Notes under the pieces: model-generated
The model's input: only the letters and a program-made list of their open reading frames with translations
The model's database searches: none
What the model was told of the DNA's origin: nothing
Part shown: positions 32,101-42,537 of the stretch, piece after piece
Position numbering within the stretch: the stretch's first letter is position 1
Layout of the letters: every line of letters starts with the position of its first letter
Translations under genes and position numbers: made by a program
Assembly: GCA_965238225.1 (NCBI GenBank)
Contig: OZ250183.1
Coordinates: 128,001-192,000 of the forward strand
From: Gammaproteobacteria bacterium
GTDB taxonomy: Bacteria > Pseudomonadota > Gammaproteobacteria > Eutrophobiales > Eutrophobiaceae
DNA: 64,000 bases
Direction of reading: 5' to 3'

Positions 32101-33159
32101 ATGGATATCACACCTTACCTTAAATTAATGGCTGATAAAAATGCCTCTGATTTATTTATCACTGCAAATTCTACAGTAAAAATTAAACTTGAAGGGCAAA
32201 TAGTTTCTGTTGGTGAAACAATCTTAACTGGCGAAGTTTGCAAGACGGCCGCTTACAAAATCATGAACGATAAACAGAAGAGTATCTTTGAAGAAACTCT
32301 GGAATGCGATTTTGCCGTAGATATTGAAGATGGATCAGCAAGATTTCGTGTTAATATTTTTCGCCAAAAAGGCGAAATAAGTATGGTGTTTCGCTTTATT
32401 CCTGTGGAAATACCGACCATCGATGATATGGATCTACCCAAAACCATGAAGGATATTATCGGGCATAACAGAGGCTTGGTTTTAGTAGTGGGTAGATCTG
32501 GATCAGGCAAATCAACGACACTTGCAGCCATGATTAATCACAGAAACCAAAATATGGCAGGGCATATATTGTCGATTGAAGATCCGATCGAATTTAGACA
32601 TCCTAACCTCAAATCAATCTTGAGCCAACGTGAAATTGGTGTTGATACGCTCTCCTACAGAAATGCCCTGAGATCTGCTATGCGAGAAGCTCCTGATGTA
32701 ATTTTTATAGGTGAAATTCGTGATCGCGAGACCACGGATGCCGCTATAGCGCTAGCTAATACAGGACATTTGGCAATTTCAACATTACATGCGAACAATT
32801 CTAGCCAAGCACTGGAACGTATGATTAATATGTTCCCTGAGATCGCACATAAACAATTATTTGCGGATCTGTCTTTAAACCTACGATCTATTATTGCCCT
32901 AAGACTTGTCATGGGTGTCAATGGGAAACGCTGTATGGCCTGTGAAATTCTGATAAATACATCACACATTGCTGCCTTGATTCTAAAAGGCGATATAGAT
33001 GAAGTAAAAGAAACAATGGGGAAAAGCAGCCAAGGAGGCATGCAAACATTTGATGAGGTGCTTCTCAATTTATACAAAAAAAACCGTATCGAATTTGATG
33101 AAGCATTGAACAATTCTGATTCTCGGACAAACCTCGAAGCCAAGATTAATTTTAGTTAA
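32101..33159 (+). CDS. Second PilU-like ATPase
   Basis: GRSGSGKSTT, AMREAPDVI, TLHANN, NSDSRTNLEAKINF. Confidence 0.88.
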   Translation: MDITPYLKLMADKNASDLFITANSTVKIKLEGQIVSVGETILTGEVCKTAAYKIMNDKQKSIFEETLECDFAVDIEDGSARFRVNIFRQKGEISMVFRFIPVEIPTIDDMDLPKTMKDIIGHNRGLVLVVGRSGSGKSTTLAAMINHRNQNMAGHILSIEDPIEFRHPNLKSILSQREIGVDTLSYRNALRSAMREAPDVIFIGEIRDRETTDAAIALANTGHLAISTLHANNSSQALERMINMFPEIAHKQLFADLSLNLRSIIALRLVMGVNGKRCMACEILINTSHIAALILKGDIDEVKETMGKSSQGGMQTFDEVLLNLYKKNRIEFDEALNNSDSRTNLEAKINFS

Positions 33160-33198
33160 GCCTGCTGTTGCAAAACAAGTATAAATCCGAATAATTCA

Positions 33199-34086
33199 TT
33201 ATTGGGGTTGTGGGAATATCGATGCAGCTTCGAACACAGGGCCATCGACACAAACACGCTTCATACTGATCTCTTGTTCTGTTTTGACAAGTACCGTGCA
33301 ACCGGCGCAACCACCGACGGCACATGCCATATATTCTTCGAGTGATATCTGACATGCAAGATTATAATGATGAGCCATTTGACCGACTGCCTTGAGCATA
33401 GAACTTGGTCCGCAGCTAAATATTTCAACTTCACTGAGCGTTTCTTTATCAAGAGAATCAAGCCAGTATCTGGCCAAATCTACTACATAACCATAATAAA
33501 CACCGGCATAACCACGAAAACTTGTTAATCTGCTCGGTATACCCCAGTCTTCCAGTAAAGGCATTGATGCAGTCACCCCTTCGGGGAGACCATCAAGCAT
33601 GATTTGTGATGGCTTTGCTGTAAACGGGAATGGGACTTCAGAACCCATAATGACAAAGGGCTTGATATTTTTGCTTGTCTTTTTTATATGTTCGGAAAGA
33701 AAAATCATGGGCGGGATGCCTACCCCTCCCCCAAGCAATAATGGATATTTTTTATATTGATCAAGTTTGAATGGCATACCTATCGGACCAATCAGATCAA
33801 TACGCTCACCAACATTGCGTGTGCTCAGTCTAGTGGTTCCAATCCCGTGCACCTTGTACAGAAAATCTATCCATCCTGCTTTTTTGTCAGCGCGCATAAT
33901 GGACATAGGTCGGCGCATCGGCAGATTATTATCGCATTTTATATGTATGAATTTTCCTGGCGCAGCCAGTGATGCCGTTAATGGTGCTTGCAGGCGCATA
34001 TAATATTGGTCACCTTCAAAAGCAGTATGATCAAGCAGTTTAGCCTGTTCCAAGTGCAAAGTGCTACGTGATTCGGGATGTTTCAT
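33199..34086 (-). CDS. pyrK: Dihydroorotate dehydrogenase electron transfer subunit PyrK
   Basis: RRPMSI, GGGVGIPP, CGP, MAC.VG.C.GC, RVCVDGPVF (2Fe-2S). Confidence 0.88.
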   Translation of the reverse strand: MKHPESRSTLHLEQAKLLDHTAFEGDQYYMRLQAPLTASLAAPGKFIHIKCDNNLPMRRPMSIMRADKKAGWIDFLYKVHGIGTTRLSTRNVGERIDLIGPIGMPFKLDQYKKYPLLLGGGVGIPPMIFLSEHIKKTSKNIKPFVIMGSEVPFPFTAKPSQIMLDGLPEGVTASMPLLEDWGIPSRLTSFRGYAGVYYGYVVDLARYWLDSLDKETLSEVEIFSCGPSSMLKAVGQMAHHYNLACQISLEEYMACAVGGCAGCTVLVKTEQEISMKRVCVDGPVFEAASIFPQPQ

Positions 34087-34124
34087 TAACTTGGCGTGAT
34101 TTCTGGAGATGATGATTTAAGATA

Positions 34125-35399
34125 TTAAAATTGATAAATGATATTGCCATCAACCAGAGTATGCGTGACTCTGCCTGTTATTTCCCACTCAGCAAAAGGT
34201 GTGTTTTTCCCCGCACTCAGGAGCGCATCTCTTGCCACTTCCCATGATGATTCGGGATCAAATATACAAATATCAGCACGAGAACCAACAGAGAGATTAC
34301 CTGCATCTAATCCTGCGATTTTAGCTGGTGCTGATGTGACAGCGGCCACAGCTTGCTGAAGTGTCAGGCTCTTGTCCCTAACTAATTGCAAAACAAGCGG
34401 CAAAAGGATTTCAATTGTTGAGGCGCCAGGCTCGCTCATGCTAAAGGGCGCTGACTTGGCATCTGACTCATGAGGCTGATGATCAGAACAAATAGCTGTA
34501 ATAGTCCCATTCGCCAGACCTCTGCGCAGCCCTTCCTTGTCTCGTTGACTCCTAAACGGGGGCAAAACATAACAATTCGTATTGAATGAGCTTATATCCA
34601 TGTCCGTAAGGTGAAGATGCGCGATACCGACATCGGCAGTGACATCAAGATCACGTGCACGGGCTTCTGCAAGCAAATCAATACTTCGTGCCGTTGAAAT
34701 TCTGCAAAAATGTACATGTGCACCCGTTTGTTCGACCAACAGTAAGGCACGGCTTAAGGCAATAGTCTCCGCTGTTTCCGGAATAGCTGGCAACCCTAAC
34801 CTAGTACTAACAGGCCCTTCATGTGCAACACCATTGTTGCTCAGATAATCATCTTCGCAATAAAGATGTACCGTAATATCGCAGGTCGCAGCGTATTCAA
34901 ATGCCCGTCTTAATACTTCTGTGTCAATAATCGGCGCATAAGCATTACTTACACCTACGCAGCCAGCGTTTTTTAAAGCATCCATTTCAGCCAGCGTCTT
35001 TCCTTGCAAGCCATATGTCAGTGCACCCAAAGGAAAAACCTTTGCTTGCTGACTGTTTAATGAATGCTGAAAAATCAATTCGGCAACTGCAGGTGTATCT
35101 ATGACTGGAATAGTATCTGGAGGGCAACAGATAGAAGTGATGCCGGATGATGCTGCTGCTGCTGTTTCTGAAGCAATGGTCGCCTTATGCTCTTCTCCGG
35201 GCTCACGAAGGCGTGCGCAAAGATCAACAAGCCCTGGACAAACAATTTGACCAGTAGCATTGATTTCCTGTTCGCCCTTAAACCCTTTGGGAGGTTTATT
35301 AATGCCGATGACAATTCCTTCGTCAATAAACAGATCTCCTGTTTGATCAATATTATTTTCTGGGTCAATAATGCGACCATTGCTTATTTTCAATCGCAT
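34125..35399 (-). CDS. pyrC: Dihydroorotase-like PyrC' (probably non-catalytic ATCase subunit)
   Basis: PGLVDLCARLREPG where active enzymes have DxHxH; SDHQPH, GKNTPF; follows pyrB. Confidence 0.88.
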   Translation of the reverse strand: MRLKISNGRIIDPENNIDQTGDLFIDEGIVIGINKPPKGFKGEQEINATGQIVCPGLVDLCARLREPGEEHKATIASETAAAASSGITSICCPPDTIPVIDTPAVAELIFQHSLNSQQAKVFPLGALTYGLQGKTLAEMDALKNAGCVGVSNAYAPIIDTEVLRRAFEYAATCDITVHLYCEDDYLSNNGVAHEGPVSTRLGLPAIPETAETIALSRALLLVEQTGAHVHFCRISTARSIDLLAEARARDLDVTADVGIAHLHLTDMDISSFNTNCYVLPPFRSQRDKEGLRRGLANGTITAICSDHQPHESDAKSAPFSMSEPGASTIEILLPLVLQLVRDKSLTLQQAVAAVTSAPAKIAGLDAGNLSVGSRADICIFDPESSWEVARDALLSAGKNTPFAEWEITGRVTHTLVDGNIIYQF

Positions 35400-36397
35400 T
35401 ATGCACCCCCCTCTTGACCGCTCGTATTTTGATTTTCCGGAGATTGATTGCCCATTGTCATGACCATAATCGCCATACGCACTGCAATACCATAACTTAC
35501 CTGCTGTAATATCACTGAACGTTTGCCGTCTGCAATACTTGATTCGATTTCTATGCCTCTGTTAATAGGGCCCGGATGCATAACAATTGCATCTGTTTTG
35601 GCGAGCGCTAATTTCTTCTCATTCAAACCATAGCGATTGAAGTATTCATGCTCACTGGGCAAAAGTGCACTACACATACGTTCTCGTTGTAAACGTAACA
35701 TCATGACGACATCTACATCTTTCATACCTTCATTCATATTATGATATGCGTGTGCACCAAGGCTGCTAATATCGCTAGGGATTAGGGTTCTAGGTCCAAT
35801 CACTCTGATTTCCTGCACACCAAGAATACTTAAGGCATGAATTTCTGAGCGCGCGACTCTCGAATGTAATATATCGCCAATAATGGCAACCTTGAGTTTA
35901 GTAAAATCAGGTTTGTGTTTGCGGATGGTAAACATATCCAACATCGCCTGCGTAGGATGGGAATGACGACCATCACCACCGTTAATGACACGGATATGTG
36001 GCGCGACCTTTGAGGCAATGAAATGTGCCGCACCACTATTGGCATGACGAATGATAAACATATCACAGTGCATAGCTTCCAGTGTTTGCAATGTATCAGT
36101 AAGGGTTTCGCCTTTTTTGGTTGCTGAACTGAGAATATTGAGATTCAGCACATCAGCGGATAGTCTTTTCGCAGCCAGTTCAAATGTTGTTCGCGTGCGA
36201 GTACTCGGCTCAAAAAATAGATTGGCAATTGTTTTGCCGCGTAATAAGGGGACTTTTTTTACGGCACGTTCACTGACAGTAACGAATGATTCGGCATAAT
36301 CAAGAATTTCAAAAATCAGGGAACGGTCAATACCTTCTATGGTAAGAAAATGTTTAAGTCGGCCTTTAGCGTCGAGTTGAATATTGTTGCCTGTCAT
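35399..36397 (-). CDS. pyrB: Aspartate carbamoyltransferase catalytic subunit
   Basis: [37 protein letters not shown]. Confidence 0.97.
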   Translation of the reverse strand: MTGNNIQLDAKGRLKHFLTIEGIDRSLIFEILDYAESFVTVSERAVKKVPLLRGKTIANLFFEPSTRTRTTFELAAKRLSADVLNLNILSSATKKGETLTDTLQTLEAMHCDMFIIRHANSGAAHFIASKVAPHIRVINGGDGRHSHPTQAMLDMFTIRKHKPDFTKLKVAIIGDILHSRVARSEIHALSILGVQEIRVIGPRTLIPSDISSLGAHAYHNMNEGMKDVDVVMMLRLQRERMCSALLPSEHEYFNRYGLNEKKLALAKTDAIVMHPGPINRGIEIESSIADGKRSVILQQVSYGIAVRMAIMVMTMGNQSPENQNTSGQEGGA

Positions 36398-36921
36398 TCC
36401 GTTCTGGTTATTTCCAGAGTCAGATCCTCATAATTATCGCCTGTAAGATTTCCTGAGGCGCAGAGTTTAACATGTTCTTTAGACTTGAGCGCTAAGCTCT
36501 TGCCAATAAAATCTGCCTGTACAGGAAGTTCATGTGCACCGCGGTCAACAAGAACAGCCAAACGGACGCTGGCAGGACGCCCATAATCAAAAATTTCGTT
36601 TAATGCTGCACGTATTGTTCTGCCAGAATGTAGCACATCATCTACCAATAAAATGTGTTTGTCTTCAACAGTAAAAGGTAGTTTTGAAGGAGTGACTTGC
36701 GGATGGGTGCCAATACGACTGAAGTCATCGCGATAAAAAGCGATATTGAGCTTACCTAAGGGTTGTTGAAGGTCTAGCCTCTCGTGTAGCCTTTCTGCAA
36801 TCCACACACCGCCTGTGTGAATCCCAATCATCAATAGTTCATGCAACTCTTGCGTTGTTATTGTGGCTTTTATCTCAGCGAATATTGCATCAATATATTG
36901 ATCAACGTCTGTCATATTCAC
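36394..36921 (-). CDS. pyrR: Pyrimidine operon regulator/UPRTase PyrR
   Basis: [34 protein letters not shown]. Confidence 0.93.
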   Translation of the reverse strand: MNMTDVDQYIDAIFAEIKATITTQELHELLMIGIHTGGVWIAERLHERLDLQQPLGKLNIAFYRDDFSRIGTHPQVTPSKLPFTVEDKHILLVDDVLHSGRTIRAALNEIFDYGRPASVRLAVLVDRGAHELPVQADFIGKSLALKSKEHVKLCASGNLTGDNYEDLTLEITRTE

Positions 36922-36982
36922 TCATACTCTATTTTGGCGTTTTTCATTGCATACAGCTTTTGATGGGCAATCCTATCACGAT

Positions 36983-37378
36983 TCATGCTTTTTTATTATG
37001 GTTCTCAGAAAACCATGTTTCAAGAATAGCTTGTGCCGCAACAGGATCTAGGTCAGCTGTTTTACCTGTGCGTTGCATTGCTTCAAATGAAGATAAACGC
37101 TCATCAATACCATACACTGGCAAGCAAAAACGTCCACGTAATTGACGCATAAATTTTTCAGCGGCAACGGTCATCTCCTGAACTTCATCCATCATGTTAA
37201 GTGGCAAACCAACCACAAGAGCATCGGGCTGCCATTCTTTTATTAACTGTTCGATATCATTCCAGTTAGGTTTATTATTTATATTTTTAACCGTTTTGAG
37301 TGGATTTGCAGTTTTAGTAATAGATTGGCCTACCGCGACACCTATACGCTTAGTACCGAAGTCAAAACACAGAAGCAT
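36983..37378 (-). CDS. ruvX: YqgF/RuvX pre-16S rRNA nuclease
   Basis: FDFGTKRIGVAVG, VVGLPLNM, DERLSS, D..AA..ILE; start set at MLLCFD (37378). Confidence 0.92.
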   Translation of the reverse strand: MLLCFDFGTKRIGVAVGQSITKTANPLKTVKNINNKPNWNDIEQLIKEWQPDALVVGLPLNMMDEVQEMTVAAEKFMRQLRGRFCLPVYGIDERLSSFEAMQRTGKTADLDPVAAQAILETWFSENHNKKA

Positions 37379-37385
37379 ATTTATT

Positions 37386-37506
37386 TCACACGTGTCTAAC
37401 ATCATCTGATGTGTTTGCCTATGTTGATACCAAAAAGAATGGTCGAAGATATAAATATTACTCTACTTGTGTAACGAAGATAGCGCGTAAAATTCATTGA
37501 ACCCAT
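37386..37506 (-). pseudogene. Probable yqgE/algH remnant (N- and C-terminal stubs)
   Basis: Occupies the yqgE slot between the TonB-like gene and ruvX. Reads MGSMNFT...VIFI...LFGINIG then (+1 frame) TSDDVRHV*, resembling YqgE MNL.N and LGID..LS..AGHA*. Confidence 0.45.
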
Positions 37507-37550
37507 ACGCTTAGTATCTTTAACTACGAGGCAAACTACAAGCAAGAATT

Positions 37551-38507
37551 TTATTGGTAACTTAAGGAATGATTAGAGAATTTCCAAGTACGTATAATGT
37601 GCAGTATATCTGTTTCCTCACGAATCTGGTCTGGAAATGGAGAATAGGGCGAAGCAAGTTTGACGATGCGTATAGCAGCGTCATCCAACACTTGATGCCC
37701 TGAAGACTTCACTATAGTGATTTGTTCGATTGAACCGTCACTGTTTAAAGAGACATCGAGACTTAACTTGCCTGACAATTTATCTCTGCGAGCAGCCTCT
37801 GGATAATTCAGATTTCCTACCCGCTCTACCTTGGTTCGCCACGCTTCCATATAGGAAGCATATTTATATTCTTTGGTGGTGGCAGAAATATATTTTCTTC
37901 TTGGCCGCTCGGATTTATCTTGAAGTTTACGTTCTAACTGGGCACTTAAGGAGGCGATTTTGAAGCTATTCATCATCATCTCTATTGCGCTCGGTGTCGG
38001 CGGTAATTCTGGTTTCTCCGGAAGTTGTTCGGTTAATTTTTCAAATGGTTTAACTGCCTTATCCTTGACATCAATTGTTTCTACCAGTTTTTGTTTGGCT
38101 TCACTAGACTCAATAACTATTTGTTCTACAGCTTCCGCAGGTTCTGTTTCCATATCAGCGACAATTTCTGGTGCGTTGGCTGCAGATGCGGCAGGGCGTT
38201 GTGATGATGCAGCAATTTTGGGTTGCTCATCTGGAAATGGTGCAGGAAACGGCGTTGAAGGATTTTCTGATTCCGACACATTGCCACCGCCTTGAAGATT
38301 TGCCTGTGCAAGGATTTTTGCATCTTCAGGGGCTTTGCTTTCTTTTGGGACGATAGTCATTTTCATCAACTGATACCTGGATTTAGGTATTTCTTCTGGG
38401 GCAAATACGACACCTAATACAAAAATGCCATGTGCCATAACAGCGAGACAGAATGTCAGGCCAAAACGATCTGTCGGCGTTATTAATGGCTTAATTGTTA
38501 CCGCCAA
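37551..38507 (-). CDS. TonB-family energy transducer-like protein
   Basis: DR.G.T..LA..HG, AQAN.QGGG, Y.EAWR.KVER.GNLNYP, SSG..VLD.AA.RIV.LA.P; gshB-tonB synteny. Confidence 0.88.
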   Translation of the reverse strand: MAVTIKPLITPTDRFGLTFCLAVMAHGIFVLGVVFAPEEIPKSRYQLMKMTIVPKESKAPEDAKILAQANLQGGGNVSESENPSTPFPAPFPDEQPKIAASSQRPAASAANAPEIVADMETEPAEAVEQIVIESSEAKQKLVETIDVKDKAVKPFEKLTEQLPEKPELPPTPSAIEMMMNSFKIASLSAQLERKLQDKSERPRRKYISATTKEYKYASYMEAWRTKVERVGNLNYPEAARRDKLSGKLSLDVSLNSDGSIEQITIVKSSGHQVLDDAAIRIVKLASPYSPFPDQIREETDILHIIRTWKFSNHSLSYQ

Positions 38508-38563
38508 TACGTCAGTTTCCTGTCAACACTTCAAAATTAAACAAATATTTAATAATGTACAGA

Positions 38564-39505
38564 TTACAAAAGCTGTTTTTCAATAGCATCCATTAAATTA
38601 CCCGCAATATTGAGATTATATATTGTATCAAGTTCTCTGATACAGGTTGGGCTGGTGACATTAATTTCAGTCAAGTAATCGCCAATCACATCAATGCCGA
38701 CAAACAACAGACCCTTGTCTTTCAAAACAGGTGCCAATTGTTCGCATATCCATCTATCTCTGCTAGTCAACTCAACACCTTGAGCTCGCCCGCCTGCCGC
38801 TAGATTCCCGCGGATCTCGCCTTCTTTTGGAATACGAGCCAATGCATAGGGGACGGGTTCTCCATTTATCATCAAGATGCGTTTATCCCCATAGACGATT
38901 TCCGGAATAAATTTCTGAGCCATAACATGCTTAGCACCGTTTTTTGTCAGAGTCTCAATAATAACATTGGTGTTTTGATCAAAGTACTGAATTCTGAATA
39001 TCGAAACCCCGCCCATACCATCCAAAGGCTTAAGAATGATATCGCGATGCTCATCCAGAAATGCCAGAATATGCTCTGATTTTCTGGCTACCAGTGTTGG
39101 TGTCGTACATTGTGGAAACCAACTGACGAACAATTTTTCATTGGCATCACGCAAAGACGCAGGATCATTGACAACCAAAGTACCTTGCCTATGTGCCAAC
39201 TCCAGCAGATAAGTTGAATATATATACTCCATATTAAAAGGCGGATTTTTACGCATGAGAATAATGTCAAAATCGAACAATGATAGCGTCCCTGCATCAT
39301 GAAACTGATACCACTCGGAAATTTTATCTTCCACGGTCATTTTATGAATCGTCGCACTTGGAATATCGTTAACAAGAAACAGATCGTCTGCTTCCATGTA
39401 ATAAATATCCCAGCCTCTAGCTTGTGCCTCAAGCAGCATGGCAAATGAGCTGTCTTTTGTAATATTTATCCCGCTAATGGGATCCATGATTATTCCTAAT
39501 TTCAT
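38564..39505 (-). CDS. gshB: Glutathione synthetase
   Basis: MKLGI.MDPI..I...KDSS, KPLDGMGG, RGNLAAGG, TEINVTSPTC. Confidence 0.97.
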   Translation of the reverse strand: MKLGIIMDPISGINITKDSSFAMLLEAQARGWDIYYMEADDLFLVNDIPSATIHKMTVEDKISEWYQFHDAGTLSLFDFDIILMRKNPPFNMEYIYSTYLLELAHRQGTLVVNDPASLRDANEKLFVSWFPQCTTPTLVARKSEHILAFLDEHRDIILKPLDGMGGVSIFRIQYFDQNTNVIIETLTKNGAKHVMAQKFIPEIVYGDKRILMINGEPVPYALARIPKEGEIRGNLAAGGRAQGVELTSRDRWICEQLAPVLKDKGLLFVGIDVIGDYLTEINVTSPTCIRELDTIYNLNIAGNLMDAIEKQLL

Positions 39506-39626
39506 AATTTTGTTTTTATCGTTTTTCTGTGCACTTATTTTTTAATAGTTTCAGACATTATAGAAGTCTATGCCAGAAAACATATGCCATAATAACACTA
39601 CCAATCATTGTTGAGCCTAGGAAAAT

Positions 39627-40592
39627 ATGTCTTTAAAAAAGAGCGCGGAACCCAGCTTAAGAAGTATAAGGATTGCAACTCGGAAAAGCCCGCTGGCATT
39701 GTGGCAAGCGGAGCATGTGAGAACCCAACTGCAACAATATCACCCTCAACTTGAAATCGAACTGGTGTGCATACAGACACAGGGTGATCGAATATTGGAT
39801 ACACCTTTGCTATTGGCTGGCGGCAAAGGCTTATTTATTAAAGATCTTGAACAGACCTTGTACGAACATGAAGCGGATATTGCTGTGCACTCAATGAAAG
39901 ACGTGACCATTGATATGGCAGATGGATTGCAATTACCTGTGATTTTAAAACGTACAAATCCACATGATGCATTTATCTCGGCAAAATTCAAAAGAATGGG
40001 TGATTTACCTCAAGGGGCAATTGTTGGCACATCCAGTTTACGCAGAAAATGTCAGTTGCTGGCGTGGCGTGGCGATCTGAATATCAAAGATCTTCGTGGG
40101 AATGTTGGCACGCGTCTAAAGAAACTTGATGACGGGAAATACGATGCCATTATTCTTGCAGCGGCAGGTATGGCGCGATTAGGTCTTGAAGATCGTATAA
40201 GTGAAATTATTGCAACAGATATCATCTTGCCTGCTATTGGTCAGGGTGCAATCGGAATACAAATGAGAACAGAGGACTATGATATTCTGAGAAAGATTTG
40301 TTTGCTCAATGATGAAACAACCCAAAAACAAGTTGAGACAGAACGCATCGTCAGTAGACATTTATTTGGCGGCTGTCAGTTACCTATCGCGGTCTATTCT
40401 GATATCTATCAAGAAAAGATCGGACAGAAAAATATTACAATAACTGGCATGGTTGGACGTGTAGACGGTAGTGAGATTATTAAGGACTCAATAAATGGGG
40501 ATTTAAAAGATAGAGAAACTCTGGGATTACAGCTTGCTGAAACATTATTAGAAAATGGTGCCAAGGAAATACTCAAAGAATATTTAACATGA
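39627..40592 (+). CDS. hemC: Hydroxymethylbilane synthase
   Basis: RIATRKSPLALWQA, GKGLF, VHSMKD, GTSSLRR, LRGNV.TRL, GGCQ.P. Confidence 0.97.
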   Translation: MSLKKSAEPSLRSIRIATRKSPLALWQAEHVRTQLQQYHPQLEIELVCIQTQGDRILDTPLLLAGGKGLFIKDLEQTLYEHEADIAVHSMKDVTIDMADGLQLPVILKRTNPHDAFISAKFKRMGDLPQGAIVGTSSLRRKCQLLAWRGDLNIKDLRGNVGTRLKKLDDGKYDAIILAAAGMARLGLEDRISEIIATDIILPAIGQGAIGIQMRTEDYDILRKICLLNDETTQKQVETERIVSRHLFGGCQLPIAVYSDIYQEKIGQKNITITGMVGRVDGSEIIKDSINGDLKDRETLGLQLAETLLENGAKEILKEYLT

Positions 40593-40646
40593 TCAGAATC
40601 CCATGAAAATTTTTCAAATATTAGTTATCGGCACGTTTAGTGAGAG

Positions 40647-41441
40647 ATGACTGGCGTACTTGATGGCACAAAGGTTCTTGTTACCAGGCCTAAACATCAG
40701 GCAAAAACTCTTTGTGAATTAATAGAAAATTTTGGTGGCACGGTGATTCGCTTGCCAGTTATAGAAATAAGACCAAATAAAAATAAAAAAACTACCAAAA
40801 TGGTTCTGGATAATATTTCTCAATACGATATTGGGATTTTTATTAGCAGAAATTCTGTTGAATGGACAATAAAATTGTTAGCTGAAAATGTCTCATATTT
40901 AGATAAGCTGTCTTTAATTTCTATTGGCGCAAAAACAACAGAGACGCTTAAAAAATTTTCATTCGCACGAATCGTTACAAACAGCGGAACAAACAGTGAA
41001 TCTTTGCTGGATCTAGATGTGCTAGATGCCGAAAAGATTTGTAACAAGAAAATTATTATCTTCCGTGGTGAAGGTGGGCGCGAACACCTAGCAACAACAC
41101 TAAAAAAAAGAGGTGCAAAAGTTGATTATGCAGAAATCTATCGTCGCGAATGTCCGGAATACGATAAAGGCATGATGGATAAGCTCTGGGCATCAAATAG
41201 CCCTGATGTCATTATCGTTACCAGTAATAATGCGCTGGAGAATTTATTTTCACTGCTGAATAAAAAACAGCTGGATCTTGCATTAACCAAACAATTAGTT
41301 GTTATAGGAGAGCGGATGTTGGATTTTTCAATTGAATTTGGTTTTAGAAAAACACCAATTCTTACTGAAGAAAGTAGTGATAAAAGTATACTCAACGCTA
41401 TAGTAAAATGGGCTGTCTCTAAAAACGGCTCAAAGAGGTAA
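40647..41441 (+). CDS. hemD: Uroporphyrinogen-III synthase
   Basis: VLVTRP, IFIS.N.V, SE.LL, IFRG.GGRE.L; hemCDXY order. Confidence 0.92.
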   Translation: MTGVLDGTKVLVTRPKHQAKTLCELIENFGGTVIRLPVIEIRPNKNKKTTKMVLDNISQYDIGIFISRNSVEWTIKLLAENVSYLDKLSLISIGAKTTETLKKFSFARIVTNSGTNSESLLDLDVLDAEKICNKKIIIFRGEGGREHLATTLKKRGAKVDYAEIYRRECPEYDKGMMDKLWASNSPDVIIVTSNNALENLFSLLNKKQLDLALTKQLVVIGERMLDFSIEFGFRKTPILTEESSDKSILNAIVKWAVSKNGSKR

Positions 41442-41445
41442 AGCA

Positions 41446-42537
41446 ATGGTAAATGAAAACAACAAACTGACCTATGAAAATCAGGTGGCAATTCAACAAG
41501 TAGGTTCAGATAAACCTACAAAAAAAATATATCGTGGTTATTTATTTGCTTTAATTCTTCTGATTTTACTCGTAGGCATAATAGGTGGTGGTTACATACT
41601 CTGGAAAGAATTACAGGCAAACAAAGCAAGGCCAGCTACGACGGTAAATAATATACAGACACAACCCGAACTAACGAGCAAAAGTATTGCAGCCATAGAA
41701 AAAGAAATAAAAAAACTGCAGAAAAAACAAAGCGATCAGTCGGATATTCTGACATCGCTCTATCGGAATACACGAGGCGGTAACGGTAACTGGGTCATTG
41801 CCGAAATTGAATATTTGCTGGCGATTGCCATGCATAAATTGATGCTGGAAAAAGATGTCGCCTTGGCATTAGCGGCGATGGAAACTGCAGATCTCAAGCT
41901 CAGAAATCTTAGGAGTCCTAGATTGTTACCTGTAAGGAAACAACTGGCGGCAAATATGAATCAATTGCGCGCAATAAATCATACAGACATCTCAGGTATG
42001 GCTGTCTACCTAGCGCAAATGGGCGAGCTTTCTGCTCAGCTTCCGCTGAAACTTGGAATGATTAAAAAAGAAAATACAGCGATTTTATCAGATGAGAATC
42101 AACTTAATGATGAGCTTGATACTGAACCTTTGTGGAAAAGATTTCCTCGAATATTTTGGCAAGAAATAAAAAGTCTAGTTATTATCAAGCGCTCAGACGA
42201 ATTAAGACAAGCATTTCTGTTGCCTGATGAAGAATATTTTCTATATCAAAATCTAAGAATGCAGCTAGAAAACGCCAGACTATCAGTGCTACGTGCGGAT
42301 TCAGAAAACTTCAGCGCCTCTATCGTTCTTATACAATCATGGCTACGCAAATATTTTGATACTAATGATTCGGCGGTGATTAATATAATAGAAACACTGG
42401 ACAAAATGCAGATAATTGAACTTGTGCCTCAGCTGCCAGACATTAGTGCATCCATGGAAAATTTACGGACTTATCTTCGTGGTGTAACAAGTGCAACAGT
42501 GAACACACAGAATATTTCAAAAGAGCGTAACAAGTAA
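41446..42537 (+). CDS. hemX: HemX-like membrane protein
   Basis: N-terminal TM, W..AE.EYLL, LL.P.E..FL.QNLR.QLE.A, W...YFD. Confidence 0.88.
   Translation: MVNENNKLTYENQVAIQQVGSDKPTKKIYRGYLFALILLILLVGIIGGGYILWKELQANKARPATTVNNIQTQPELTSKSIAAIEKEIKKLQKKQSDQSDILTSLYRNTRGGNGNWVIAEIEYLLAIAMHKLMLEKDVALALAAMETADLKLRNLRSPRLLPVRKQLAANMNQLRAINHTDISGMAVYLAQMGELSAQLPLKLGMIKKENTAILSDENQLNDELDTEPLWKRFPRIFWQEIKSLVIIKRSDELRQAFLLPDEEYFLYQNLRMQLENARLSVLRADSENFSASIVLIQSWLRKYFDTNDSAVINIIETLDKMQIIELVPQLPDISASMENLRTYLRGVTSATVNTQNISKERNK

Noticed and set aside
39505-39627. gshB and hemC directly divergent, with no pilG/chp or algR genes between
   Set aside because: A simple synteny difference with no remnant or repeat visible; cannot be interpreted from this window.
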